Source of the DNA: Mobula hypostoma
Taxonomy: Eukaryota
Length of the DNA: 64,000 bases
Direction: 5' to 3'
Assembly: GCF_963921235.1 (NCBI RefSeq)
Contig: NC_086109.1
Coordinates: forward strand, 37,016,001 to 37,080,000
In this document: in pieces, positions 1 through 12,674 of the stretch
Position numbering within the stretch: position 1 is the first letter of the stretch
Layout of the letters: the number at the start of each line of letters is the position of its first letter
Notes under the pieces: generated by a model
The model's input: the letters and a program-made list of their open reading frames with translations, nothing else
What the model was told of the DNA's origin: nothing
Database searches by the model: none
Position numbers and translations under genes: made by a program

Positions 1-55
1 TGCAGAAGAAAAGTAAGACAAATTTAGTCATTAGAATGGCTAAACAACATATAGA

Positions 56-122
56 GAACTGTGCAAAAGTCTTAGACACATATATATACCTGGAGTGCCT
101 AAGGTTTTTGCCCAGTACTGTA
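56..122. mobile_element. Tiny Tc1/mariner-type MITE (TIR pair with short spacer)
   Basis: actgtgcaaaagtcttagacac (58-79) is an imperfect inverted repeat of gtgcctaaggtttttgcccagt (95-116). The right end ...cagtactg|ta matches a Tc1 end with TA target. Confidence 0.55.
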
Positions 123-399
123 GAAATGTTATGTATTGTGCTCTACTGTTGCCACACAGAAAAAAAATCATGATATGTCATGTGAGTGAGGGAAAACCTG
201 ATTCCGATATGTGTCTCCATTGTGGACTGAGAGTGGGAAGGGGACAGGGAGAGGAAAATCATAGTTGTGAAAAGGGGAATGGAGTGGGAAACAGTAAAGA
301 AACATTCTGTACTGATCAATAAACTAATTGCTTGGAATAAATTACAGAGAGGAGGTTGTCAAACAGTGTGAGAACAACAGCCTGGATCTCAATGGCCGG

Positions 400-575
400 C
401 AGTAGATGTTTCAGGCCCAGATCCTTCGTCAGAATCAGCAGTCCTAATGAAGAGTCTCAGCCCGAACTATTGACTCTTTATTCCTCCTTATAGATGCTGC
501 CTGACCTGCTGAGTTCCTCCAGCATCTTGTGTGTGTTATTTTGGATTTCCAGTAGCTGCCGAATATCTTGTGTTT
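400..575. mobile_element. Penelope terminal-repeat fragments, inverted pair, each with a degenerate hammerhead motif
   Basis: The minus strand at 400-435 reads ctgacgaaggatctgggcctgaaacatc. The plus strand at 439-575 (gtcctaatgaagagtctcagcccgaac...gatgctgcctgacctgctgag) matches the 3' end of the Penelope at 59554-59651. Confidence 0.75.
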
Positions 576-1534
576 GTACTGCAAAAAATAGTACTGGTGA
601 TTCCAATTCAATAGTGACAATTACATGTCGATATTGCCAATTTGATATCAATACTCTGCAATTGTATGTTGGTCTAAAGGTATTCATTCATGCACTTCTT
701 TCATCAGTAATGAAAGCTATTTTCTCTCAGATTATGTGGTTAAACTGATTAAAAAATTACAGATGCTGAGTAATCCTGTGATCAAATACACTGTAATTGA
801 AAATGATACAGTACATGAAATATCATACATAATGAAAACACCCCATCTATGAAACATTACTCTTGGAAAAAAATAAGGAAAGCTCATTAAATGCAATCAA
901 GCAGACCAGTGAAATAACAGAGTTTTTGTAGTGTGGATTCATTGGGCATTCAAATGCCCCAGGGTACAGGCAGCACATCCATCAGTTTCATTAGATTTTC
1001 ATTGTCATTCTTGAAAGCCTCAAGTTTAAGCAATTTTTGAGAGTTGTGACAAGGCCGTAAAATATTAATCTTTGCTCCAGTACACTTCCCTATACAAATA
1101 CAGTAGTCAAATACAGTTTGCTTGGATGTACTTTTTATTTTCTGGCAAAGTAATTTCAATTACTGGGTCAGAACAATACACCAGATATATGCTCTTTAAA
1201 GGTGAAGTAAGCACTGGACTTTATTTTTGCTTTCACAATTCAGTTAAAACAAATTGGTATTAGATAACATTAATAGGAGTGATTGTCTCTGGATACTTTA
1301 GGTGTTAAATAGCCCTTGACGGTGGCAGGGTAGTTGCTCCAACTGCATGTGGAATAATGGTAGAGGAGTTGAAGCCCAAACCGTACAAGGCACATTAGAT
1401 GGTTATTAATGGGCATATACTAGATAAATTGCCCCAATTTAGCATTCACCAATGAAGCTGTTAGTATGTCACTTGATTAATCTCTTGACAAAGATTAATT
1501 GTAGCTAAAAGTGACGGAGCTTGGACTTCTTAAT

Positions 1535-2420
1535 GGAAAAATCTCAGTCAGTCTGAGGTGGCAGCAACATCTCAAGATCAATCACACTGAGTACTGGTGC
1601 CTCCCCTCACCCCACCATCGGCAGAACTGTGCGGTCAGCCTGCTGCTGACTCACAACTGCATTGTTAGATTCAGCTCAAATTGCATCATCATGTTTGCTG
1701 ATGATACAACAGTGATTGGCCTCATCAGCAACAATGATGAGTCAGCATACAGGGAGATGGTCGAAACGCTTTTCAAATAGTGTGAGAAAAACTTGGACAG
1801 GACAAAAGAGATTATTGCGGACTTCAGGAATGCACAGGTTGACTACTATCCATTGCACATCAATGACTCTGCCGTGGAGAGAGCGAAGAGCACAGAATTC
1901 CTTGGTGTGCACGTAATGGATGATCTAACACTTCCTCACTAGTCAGGAAGGCACAGATCTAGACTTTCGGAGAAGACAGAGGTGTGAAAGACTCCCCATC
2001 CCCATTCTAACAACTTTCTACAGGAGCACCATTAATAGTGTCCTGTCTGGCTGCATCATTGTTGGGTACAGAAGCTGCAAGGTTTCAGGCTACAAGACCC
2101 TACAGAGGACAGTTGAAACCACTGTTTGTGACATTCAACGGGAGTGTTGTAGACAAAAGCCCCAGAGCATCTTTGAGGATCCCTCACCACTGGTCCCACA
2201 AATTTTTTGAAACCACCATCAGAAAGGAGGTACAGAAGCATCAGGAGAGGACTGCCAGAATGTTTAACAGATTCTTCCATCAGGCTAATGAATACCCTGC
2301 CACCGTCGAGGTCTTGTCACTAATTCAGTGTGTTTTATTGTTTATCTATGCTGCATGCATTTTGAATTATATTTTATTAATTTATAGAAATGTATTGGCT
2401 TATATGTTGTGCGTAATATG
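1535..2420 (+). mobile_element. Rex1/Babar-like LINE, decayed RT and 3' region; its tail resumes at about 6870-6962 after a CR1 insertion
   Basis: ORF 1511-1780 has LLLTHNCIVRFSSNCIIMFADDTTVIGLISNNDESAYRE. The (gaactt)n tail is found at 6945-6962. Confidence 0.75.
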
Positions 2421-2564
2421 TATAGACAATAGGTGCAGAAGTAGACCATTCGACCCTTTGAGCCTGCACCACCATTCTGAGATCATGGCTGATCATCTAC
2501 TATCAATACCCCATTCCTGCCTTGTCCCCATAACCCTTGATTCCCCTATCCATAAGATACCTAT

Positions 2565-5290
2565 CTAGCTCCTTCTTGAAAGCATCCAGAGAATTGGCCT
2601 CCACTGCCTTCTGAGGCACACCTCCACAACTCTCTGGGAGAAGAAATTTCTCCTCAGCTCTGTCCTAAATGACCTACCCCTTATTCTTAAACCATGCCCT
2701 CTGGTACTGGACTCTCTCAGCATCTGGAACATATTTCCTGCCTCTATCTTGTCCAATCCCTTAATAATCTTATATGTGTCAATCAGATCCCCCCTCAATC
2801 TCCCTAATTCCAGTGTGTACAAGCCCAGTCTCTCTAACCTCCCTGCGTAAGACAGTCCGGACATCCCAGGAATTAACCTAGTGAACCTACGCTGCACCTC
2901 CTCCACAGCCAGGATGTCCTTCCTTAACCCTGGAGACCAAAACTGCACGCAATACTCCAGGTGTGGTCTCACCAGGGCCCTGTACAAATGCAAAAGGATT
3001 TCCTTGCTCTTGTACTCAATTCCCTTTGTAATAAAGGCCAACATTCCATTAGCCTTCTTCACTGCCTGCTGCACTTGCTCATTCACCTTCAGAGACTGAT
3101 GAACAAGTACTCCTAGATCTCGTTGTATTTCACCCTTACCTAACTCCACACCGTTCAGATAATAATCTGCCTTCCTGTTCTTGCTCCCAAAGTGAATTAC
3201 CTCACACTTATTCACATTAAATGCCATCTGCCAAGTTTCTGCCCACTCACGCAGCCTATCCAAGTCACCTTGAATTCTCCTAACATCCTCATCACATGTC
3301 ACACTGCCACCCAGCTTGGTATCATCAGCAAACTTGCTGATGTTATTCACAATGCCTTCCTCTAAATCATTGACGTAATTCGTAAACAGCTGTGGTCCCA
3401 ATACCGAGCCCTGTGGCACTCCACTAGTCACCACCTGCCACTCCGAGAAACACCCATTCACTGCTACCCTTTGCTTTCTATCTGCCAACCAGTTTTGTAT
3501 CCATGTCAATATCCTCCTGCCAATGCCATGAGCTCTGATTTTACCCACCAATCTCCTATGTGGTACCTTATCAAATGTCTTCTGAAAGTCAAGGTACACC
3601 ACATCCACTGGATCTTCCGCGTCTATCTTCCTGGTTACATCCTCGAAAAACTCCAATAGATTAGTCAAGCATGATGTGCCCTTAGTAAATCCATGCTGGC
3701 TCGGCCCAATCCTATCACTGCTATCAAGATATGCCGCTATTTCATCTTTAATAATGGACTCTAGCATCTTCCCCACTACTGATGTTGGGCTAACAGGGCG
3801 ATAGTTCTCTGTTTTCTCCCTCCCTCCTTTCTTAAAAAGTGGGATAACATTAGCCATTCGCCAATCCTCAGGAACTGATCCTGAATCTAAGGAACATTGG
3901 AAAATGATGACCAATGCACCCGCAATTTCCAGAGCCACCTCCTTTAGTACCCTAGGATGCAGACCATCTGGACCTGGGGATTTGTTAGCCTTCAGTCCCA
4001 TCAGTCTACTCATCACCATTTCCTTCCTAATGTCAATCTGTTTCAGTTCCTCTGTTACCCTATGTCCTTGGCCCATCCATACATCTGGGAGATTGCTTGT
4101 GTCTTCCCTAGGGAAGACAGATCCAAAGTACTTAATAAATTCGACTGCCATTTCTCTGTTTCCCACAACAATTTCTCCCAATTCATTCTTCAAGGGCCCA
4201 ACATTGTTCTTAACTATCTTCCTTCTCTTCACATACCTAATAAAACTTTTGCTATCCTCCTTTATATTCCTAGCTAGCTTGCGTTCATACCTCATTTTTT
4301 CTCCCCGTGTTGACTTTTTAGTTAAGTTCTGTTGCTCCTTAAAAATTTCCCAATCATCCGTCTTCCCACTCACCTTAGCTCTGTTATACTTCTTTTTTAA
4401 TGCTATGCTACCTCTGACTTTCTTTGTCAACCACTGTGGCCACTTTCCCCCCTTTGAATCCTTCCTTCTCCGGGAGATGAACTGATTTTGCACCTTGTGC
4501 ATTATTCCCAAGAATACCTGCCATTGCTGTTCCACTGTCTTTTCTGCTGGGATATCCGACCAGTCAACTTTGGCCAGCTCCTCCCTCATGGCTCCATAGT
4601 CTCCTTTGTTCAACTGCAATACTGACACTTCTGATCTGCCCTTATCCCTCTCAACTTGCAGATAAAAACTTACCATATTATGGTCACTACCTCCTAATGG
4701 CTCCTTTACTTCAAGATCACTTATCAAATCCTGTTCATTGCACAACACTAAATCCAGAATAGCCTTATCCCTGGTCGGCTCTCGTACAAGCTGCTCCAAA
4801 AATGCATCCCATAGGCACTCTACAAACTCCCTATGCTGGGGTCCAGTACCAACCTAATTTTCCCAGTTCACCTGCATGTTGAAATCCCCCATAACTACTG
4901 TGACATTTCCTTTGCCACATGCCATTGTTAACTCCCTATTCAACTTGCACCCAATATCCATGCTACTGTTTGGGGGCCTGTAGATAACACCTATTAGGGT
5001 CTTTTTGCCCTTACTGTTCCTCAGTTCTATCCACACTGACTCTACTTCTCCTGATTCTATGTCCCCCTTGCAAGGGACTGAATCTCATTCCTCACCAACA
5101 GGGCCACCCCACCCCCTCTGCCCACCTTCTGTCCCTTCGATAGCACATATACCCTTGTACATTCAATTCCCAGGTCTGATCCCCCTGCAGCCATGTCTCC
5201 GTTATCCCAACAACATCATAGTTACCCATTCGCACCTGAGCTTCAAGCTTATCCGCCTTATTTCTGACACTTCGTGCATTCAGATATAGA
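2565..5290 (-). pseudogene. CR1 ORF2 (APE endonuclease + reverse transcriptase); 744-aa open stretch 2565-4799, N-terminus interrupted
   Basis: Motifs KSPGPDGLHPRVLKE, NYRPVS, QHGF, YLDFQKTFDKVPH, SKFADDTKLGG, RPHLEYCVQFWSP. Confidence 0.92.
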
Positions 5291-5600
5291 ATTTTTAACC
5301 CATTTCACCTCTCTCTGTTTAAATCGCTGCCTATTGTGCATAACCCAGCTCCCTGAACTCTCACCGGGCTCTACGCCCCTTGAATTTTGTTGTCCTTCTT
5401 AAATTTACTTACTCTTTCTGCACATTTAACTCCATGCTCCATCAGACCATCCCTCTGCACATGTATCCTCCTTATCACTCGTTCTGCCTCACCTTTCTCT
5501 ACTTCACACTTAATATTCCGGAACCGTGTAGTCCCCACCTGTCCTTTATACTTCATCTCGCTATCCTCTCTCACATTCTGGATCCCTGCCCCCTGTAAAT

Positions 5601-6514
5601 TTAGTTTAAACCTCCCCAAGCAGCACTAGCAAACTTTCCTGCAAGAATGTTAGTACCCCTCCAGTTCAGGTGTAAACCGTCCTGTCGGAACAGATCCCAT
5701 CCTCCCTGGAACAAAACCCAATTATCTAAAAACCTGAAGCCGTCCCTCCTGCACCATCCTCTCAGCCACGTATTGATCTGTATAATCCTTCTGTTCCACG
5801 CCTCACTCGCACATGGCACAGGTAGCAATCCTGAGATTGTTACCCTGGAGGTCCTGCCCTTCAGCTTCGCACCTAACTCCCTGAACTCATTACGCAGGGC
5901 CCCCTCACTCTTCCTACCCAAGTTGGATTCTTGCCCTCCCTCTTGAGAATAACATGCACCCGATCTGAGATGACCCGGACCCTGGCACCAGAGAGGCAAC
6001 TTACTATCCGAGACTCCCGATCTCCCCCACAAAATCTCCTATCTGCCCCCCTGACTATAGAATCCCCTATCGCTACCGCTGTCCTCTCTTCCCTCCTCCC
6101 CTTCTGAGTCGAGGGTCCAACCTCAGTGCCAGAGACAGGACCACTGCAATTTGTTCCTGGTAGGTCATCCCCACCAACAGTATCCAAAACGGTATACTTA
6201 TTGTTGATGGGAATGACCACAGGGGTGCTCTGCACTCTCTGCCTGCTCCCCCTCCATCTCCTGACAGTCACCCAGTTGCCTATCTCCCGTCTTTTCGGTG
6301 TGACTACCTCCCGATAACTCTTATCTATCTCTGTCTCTGCCTCCCGAATGATCCGTAGTTCATCCAGCTCCAGCTCCAATTCCCTAACTCGCTCTGATAG
6401 GAGCTGCAGCTGGATGCACCTTTTGCAGGTGTGGTCATCAGGGACAACTGCATTGACTCTGACCTCCCACATACTGCATACGGAGCACACCACTGCTCTA
6501 ACTATCTCCCCCAT
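5601..6514 (-). pseudogene. CR1 ORF1 (zinc finger/leucine zipper + SGNH esterase), frameshifted by an internal deletion near 5920
   Basis: Motifs CSVC...CKRC, LELELDELR, IGDSIVRG, DGLHLN. The VHVGTND block present in the 61299-62198 copy is missing. Confidence 0.88.
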
Positions 6515-7139
6515 TACCTGATCCCAGATTAATCAGAATAAATGAAAAAGTACCTACCAACCTTACCTTTTTTCCTCAGCAAGCACATACTCAGGCTCAC
6601 TGATTACCTCTCACCGAAGACCCCCTTACGCCAAAGCCCAGCACTCTGCTCCCGCGCACTCCGCTGCCCACACCGACGCTGCCTGCACCTGAAAGTGGGC
6701 CTCTTTTTAAACTCCGCGCTCGCCATTGACGTCACCCGTACCTGCACAGTTTTACCTTCCTCCTCAGGTAATGCCTAGGTAGTCCCGATCTTCCTCGGCC
6801 TACCTACAAAGGCTGATCCTCCGATCCTCCGATCTCCAGTCATCCATCGACCTCGAGCACTCCTTGCTTCTGCACCATTGTGGGTCCATCTTGGTCCAGA
6901 GGAAAACTGCTTCATTTGGTTGTCTATGTACTGTCAGATGACAATAAACTTGAACTTGAATTAATAATTCAACAATTAGTTTCTGAGGAGTTTGCATCCC
7001 ATCTTGAGATATATCAAAACTTAAAGTTGACTTGCTATTGGAGGTTTGGAGGATTCTTTGTAACATAGTCAAACAATTTTTCAAAACATCAACATTGTCC
7101 AAGTCTATTCTGACTTTCTTTCACAGATTCACCTGAGTA

Positions 7140-7984
7140 ACTCGTGAGACTAATTATGTCAAGACTAATTATGACACCTAAAGGAAAGGAATAGCTTGAT
7201 CATCGACACCTTCTAGTTGAAGATGGACTTCTGATAAGATGACAGTGCACTCAATCTCCGCAGCTTCTACAGGGTCAACTAAAGATGTTGCTGTCTTTTA
7301 TGAATGCGTTTTTTTTATGATTGCAATACCCTGGTGCACATTAAGAACCTGAAGTACTACAGCTCTACACCACTGGCAGAACAACTAAAGGAGCTGGACT
7401 TAGTGCGGATTATGCTACTGCCTGCGTCGGAGAGGTGCCGGAGTGGGTGCGTGAAGGAGGTGAGCAGTCTGACAGTGTGTGATTATCTTAGTCGCTTTTC
7501 TTGTGATCACAAGGCCCTGTTGGATGTTGTTAAAGAGGAATGCCACAAGTTTTATTCGCTGGTTTATTGGCAAAGTGTGGAGGAGCTGCATGGCCTTGGT
7601 CATATTGAGGACTAGGCCTGAAGCCACAGTGTCGCCTGTTTACAATTTCCCAGAAGAGAGGTATCAGGGTGGGTGCACTCCACTGCAGTGCTAGAGGCGG
7701 TGGGTTGGGGTGTACATGCTGAAGTCGGTACAGTCCTCCACTGATCACTCAACAGAAGATAAGATGTATTATTTGTTCAACTGCAGACTGCTGGCGCATT
7801 CATAAGCTCAGGGAATTGGACAATATTTTTTTTTACCATATTCTATTGCTGCTATATAAGTGCTATGTATGCCTTGTGCTGTGTATGACTATTGGTATTG
7901 TGTTTTGCACCTTGGTCCTGGAGTAACACTTTTTCATTTGACTGTATCCACGGGTATTCATATGTGGTTGAATGACAATTAAAC
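7140..7984 (+). mobile_element. Non-coding non-autonomous element carrying a Rex1-type 3' tail
   Basis: Its 3' end (tgcaccttggtcctggag...gaatgacaattaaac|ttgaaattgaact) resembles the tail at 6870-6962. The body has no RT similarity. The left boundary is uncertain. Confidence 0.45.
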
Positions 7985-10059
7985 GTGGTCGATGTTTAGA
8001 GATCTCTTGCAGGATGTTAGGGATAAATTTGTCCCAGTGAGGAAGATAAAGAATGGTAGGGTGAAGGAACCATGGGTGACAAGTGAGGTGGAAAATCTAG
8101 TCAGGTGGCAGAAGGCAGTATACATGAGGTTTAGGAAGCAAGGATCAGATGGGTCTATTGAGGAATATAGGGAAGCAAGAAAGGAGCTTAAGAAGTGGCT
8201 GAGAAGAGCAAGAAGGGGACATGAGAAGGCCTTGGTGAGTAGAGTAAAGGAAAACCCCAAGGCATTCTTCAATTATGCGAAGAACCAAAGGATGACTAGA
8301 GTGAAGGTAGAACCGATCAGAGATAAAGGTGGGAAGATGTACCTGGAGGCTGTGGAAGTGAGCGAGGTCCTCAATGAGTACTTCTCTTCGGTATTCACCA
8401 ATGAAAGGGAACTTGATGATGGTGAGGACAATATGAGTGAGGTTGATGTTCTGAAGCATGTTGATATTAAGGGAGAGGAGCTGTTGGAGTTGTTAAAATA
8501 CATTATGACGGATAAGTCGCCGGGGCTTGACAGAATATTCCCCAGGCCGCTCCATGAGATGAGGGAAGAGATTGCTGAGCCTCTGATTAGGATCTTTATG
8601 GCCTCGTTGTCCACAGGAATGGTACCGGAGGATTGGAGGGAGGCGAATGTTGTCCCTTGTTCAAAAAAAGTAGTAGGGATAGTCTGAGTAATTATAGACC
8701 AGTGAGCCTTACATCTGTGGTGGGAAAGCTGTTGGAAAAGATTCTTAGAGATAGGATCTATGGGCATTTAGAGAATTATGGTCTGATCACGGACAGTCAG
8801 CATGGCTTTGTGAAGGGCAGGTCATGTCTAACAAGCCTGATAGAGTTCTTTGAGGAGGTGACCAGGCATATAGATGAGGGTAGTGCAGTGGATGTGATCT
8901 ATATGGATTTTAGTAAGGCATTTGACATGGTTCCACACAGTAGGCTTATTCAGAAAGTCAGAAGGCATGGTTTCCAGGGAAGGTTGGCCAGGTGGATTCA
9001 GAATTGGCTTGCCTGCAGAAGGCAGAGGGTCATGGTGGAGAGAGTACATTCAGATTGGGGGATTGTGACTAGTGGTGTCCCACAAGGATCTGTTCTGGGA
9101 CCTCTACTTTTCATGATTTTTATTAACGACCTGGATGTTGGGGTAGAAGGGTGGGTTGGCAAGTTTGCAGAAGATACAAAGGTTGGTGATGTTGTAGATA
9201 GTTTAGAGGATTGTCAAAGATTGCAGAGGGACATTGATAGGATGCAGAAGTGGGCTGAGAAGTGGCAGATGGAGTTCAACCCAGAGAAGTGTGAGGTGGT
9301 ACACTTTGGAAGGACAAAGTCCAAGGTAGAGTACAAAGTAAATAGCAGGATACTTGGTAGTGTGGGGGAGCAGAGGGATCTCAGGGTACATGTCCACAAA
9401 TCCCTGAAACTTGCCTCACAGGTAGATAGGGTAGTTAAGAAAGCTTATGGGGTGTTAGCTTTCATAAGTCGAGGGATAGAGTTTAAGAGTTGCGATGTAA
9501 TAATGCAGCTCTATAAAACTCTGGTTAGGCCACACTTGGAGTACTGTGTCCAGTTCTGGCCACCTCACTATAGGAAGGATGTGGAAGCTTTGGAAAGGGT
9601 ACAGAGAAGATTTGCTAGGATGCTGCCTGGTTTAGAGAGTACGGATTATGATCAGCGATTAAGGGAGCTAGGGCTTTACTCTTTGGAGAGGAGGAGGATG
9701 AGAGGAGACATGCTAGAGGTGTACAAGATAATAAGAGGAATAGATAGAGTGGATAGCCAGCGCCTCCTCACCAGGGCACCACTACTCAATGCAAGAGGAA
9801 ATGGCTTTAAGGTAAGGGGTGGGAAGTTCAAGGGGGATTTTAGAGGAAGGTTTTTTATTCAGAGAGTGGTTGGTGCGTGGAATGCACTGCCTGAGTCACT
9901 GGTAGAGGCAGATACACTAGTGAAGTTTAAGAGACTACTAGACAGGTATATGGAGGAATTTAAGGTGGGTGGTTATATGGGAGGCAGGGTTTGAGGGTCG
10001 GCACAACATTATGGGCCGAAGGGCCTGTAATGTGCTGTACTATTCTATGTTCTATGTTC
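7985..10059 (+). mobile_element. 5'-truncated CR1 LINE (ORF2 frameshifted near 8655; ORFs 7992-8687 and 8633-9994)
   Basis: RT motifs, (ttctatg)n tail, TSD taaac at 7980-7984 and 10060-10064. Confidence 0.93.
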
Positions 10060-10463
10060 TAAACTTGAAATTGAACTTCTTGAGCAGTAAACAGAGCAGA
10101 ATGAGGACAGAGGTTAGGCAGAGCATCAGAAACAGCTATAGGATAGCTGGAGAAGAGTGTTAGGAAATTAAAGTGGGCTGCTTTTCCTCCTGTGATACTA
10201 GCAGCCTTCCCCTTCAGGAACTTCTCCAGTAGTACCATGTCTAAAACTTGTGCACCTTCATATTCTGTTGCCGAGCCATCATGAAATATCATACTACGAA
10301 TCAGCACCATATTTCACACCTTCAATGGAAGAGGAGGAGTAGAGTCCGCAGAATTTGATCTTCAGAAATTGTCTAATCGGTACCTGAGTGCTAAACTTGA
10401 CAATGTCTGTCATAGTTGTTTTAAGGTAAATTTAAATCATACTAATGGCAATTGGGCTCATAA

Positions 10464-11874
10464 TCTATATGCTGCTAAAACTCTCATGCTCTGTCTGTTT
10501 GTTCATCTGTTTGTGACCTCCAGTTATTGCAAACAGTGCATTACAGCGGCACTTTTTTTTGGCTAATTCAAATTAAACTGCGCTAGCTTACAGAATGCAT
10601 GCAAAGTTTAGGGTTATATATGCGTATAAAATTGCTCATTCGCCAAAATAAACATGCTCCCTTTTAACCCGAGACCCGATCGGCCATCATGGAAATCAGG
10701 ACGCGACAGCCCGACGCATGCGCACGGCCAGCCTCAGCGGTGACACCTACCGGAGCAAAAGGGCAGGGCAGCTCTACTTCGAGGGGGTCCACATTCTGCT
10801 AATCACCATCAGCATTTGCAGGATTGGGACAGATCAATAAGCAATAGTTAAATCTTATTGTAATGACGTATTTCGAGACACCCATAATACCCTTTGCTGC
10901 AGTCAAAGGACAGCGGTAACTATATCACATCCATTTAGGAGAGTGCCAACCACGTGATCAAGAATAATCAGCATCCTTTGGTGTTAGTGCTTCGTATCTT
11001 CTATCCAGCATTTTTTTAGGCATCCGTTAGTCTCATCAGACCATGGATTTGCACCTTGACAGATTTCCAGGGCGCAGGCCTGGGCGAGGTTGTATGGAAG
11101 ACCGGCAGTTGCCCATGCTGCAAGTCTCCCTTCTCCACGCCACCAATGTTGTCCAAGGGAAGGGCAGTAGGACCCATACAGCCTGGCATCGGTGTCGTCG
11201 CAGAGCAATGTGAGGTTAAGAGCCTTGCTCAAGGACACAATATGCGGCCTCAGCTGAGGCTCGAACTAGCGACCTTCAGATCACTAGACCGACACCTTAA
11301 CTACTTGGCCGCACTCCAACACTATTCAGCATTAGGGTAAAAAAAAATGGTCAGCTTAATTATGCCGCGTGGAAAGGGAAAGGGGACATTATGGTCAAGG
11401 GATGACGTGAAACGTTGTTGGGAAGCGGCAAAGAAAGGGAGAGAACAAAAATCAGATGAGGCCAGGGTCACACAACTCCAGGATCAAAGAGTTTGGACAA
11501 AAAAAGATGAGAGAAGAAGAGACAGAGGAGGAGAGGCGTGCATGTCTCCAGGATCAGAGACAAATAACAAACAGCAGAAGAGATGAAGAGACGGGGGATG
11601 AAAGGACTGCACGTCTCCAGAATGACAACGAGAGGCACAAGGGTGGCAGATAAACCAGAAATGATGCCTTCAAAAGTGTCCTTCGTTAAACAAGGAGCAG
11701 TTATATTTATTTTGCAACGCGTCATTCTTCTTTAATAAACTGAGGCTTTCTACTTCAGTTTCAAAAGCAAAGTGATACCAACAGCATTCAGGAAAATTGA
11801 ATGTTCATTCTGGTCACATCAGACTACACTACCCTTCTCTCAAAGGGTGTCCCAGCGGGTCACCCCGTTGCTTG
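10464..11874 (+). mobile_element. Non-autonomous Helitron with remnant of a RepHel-like N-terminus
   Basis: A|TC start (tctatatgctgctaaaa) followed by a ctgt/ttgt microsatellite. The 3' GC hairpin gggtg-t-ccc-agc-ggg-t-caccc (11845-11865) is followed by CTTG|T (degenerate CTAG). No TSD. Internal 23-aa charged repeats. Confidence 0.7.
11013..11321 (-). mobile_element. tRNA-derived SINE (V-SINE-like core) inserted in the Helitron
   Basis: On the minus strand: A box cggccaagtagttaagg, B box agttcgagcc, core gtgtccttgagcaaggctcttaacc, A tail. TSD ctat(c/t)cagcatt at 11001-11012 and 11322-11333. Confidence 0.8.
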
Positions 11875-12071
11875 TTGAGAGCTATATCTGTTCTTTCATG
11901 CAGCAAAGACTTGTACACATATATTGCACCTGTCATCAAAACAACAATAATTTCCTTCTTAGAAACTTTTCCAGACAAGTTGCAGAACCAGTTCATGACA
12001 GGAAATTCTGACTTCCTACCTTTCAAAAGCCTATCCAGCCCCCACAAGCGTTGATATCAAGGTACAGATAT

Positions 12072-12208
12072 ATCCTACTGAAGAATCTAGGCTCAAAACA
12101 TCGACTGTTTATTCCTTTCTATGAACACTGACTGACCTGCTGAGTTCCTCCAGTATTTTGTGTGTGCTGTTCCAGATTTTCAGCGTCTTCAGAATCTCTT
12201 GTGTTTAC
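12072..12208 (+). mobile_element. Penelope terminal-repeat fragment (degenerate)
   Basis: aaacatcgactgtttattcc...ctgacctgctgagttcctccag...gaatctcttgtgttt matches the other copies. Confidence 0.7.
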
Positions 12209-12674
12209 AGTAGTGTGTGTGTTTGGAATGTTCTTCTCTTGTTTTCATGTGCACAGCTCCAATAGCACAAAGCAGCTTTACATCACACAGAACAGAGTAA
12301 CATTTGACTGGCACTCCATCCATCACCAAAAAATTAATCTCCAGCATGAGAAGTGTGCAGATTCATGGTAACATCTTGCTAAGGTTTATTAATAGGAGCT
12401 TCCAAACCATCAATCTTAATAGTCAAAGCAATGATAACCTTTATTTATATATCATTTTATTTTTAATGTTGTCCCAGAGTATTTGAATATTACCAATAAA
12501 ATTTAAACAAAGCATTGGTTATTGGGCTTATAATCAAAAACATTCAAAGTTTCTGATATTAAAAGGCGTTTTAAAGGAAAAAACGATAGATAAGTGAAGT
12601 AGTTCAGGAAAGAATAGTAGTACATAGAATCTTAGATGTAGAAAGTTTTGACAGAGATTGAATGACTAAATATA

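Larger units (their letters stand above)
2421..6868 (-). mobile_element. Near full-length CR1 LINE (5'UTR, ORF1, ORF2), decayed
   Basis: ORF1 has ZnF/coiled-coil/GDS esterase. ORF2 has APE (IYRPPNS, MGDFN) and RT (GVPQGSVLGP, FADD). CR1 3' UTR and microsatellite lie near 2421. Confidence 0.93.

Noticed and set aside
3904..4485. Hydrophobic 193-aa ORF (also 8273-8767, 25899-26303, 27438-27878, 61495-61875)
   Set aside because: These are antisense shadows of CR1 ORFs.
10285..10430. Possible host exon ending at aag|gtaaat
   Set aside because: There is an in-frame stop upstream, no clear acceptor, and no recognisable protein.
11018..11050. Minus-strand CTGATGA in the SINE tail as a hammerhead
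   Set aside because: No stem II or GAAA box follows.
11215..11321. tRNA gene
   Set aside because: The A and B boxes belong to a SINE head with a core, tail and TSD. There is no complete cloverleaf.
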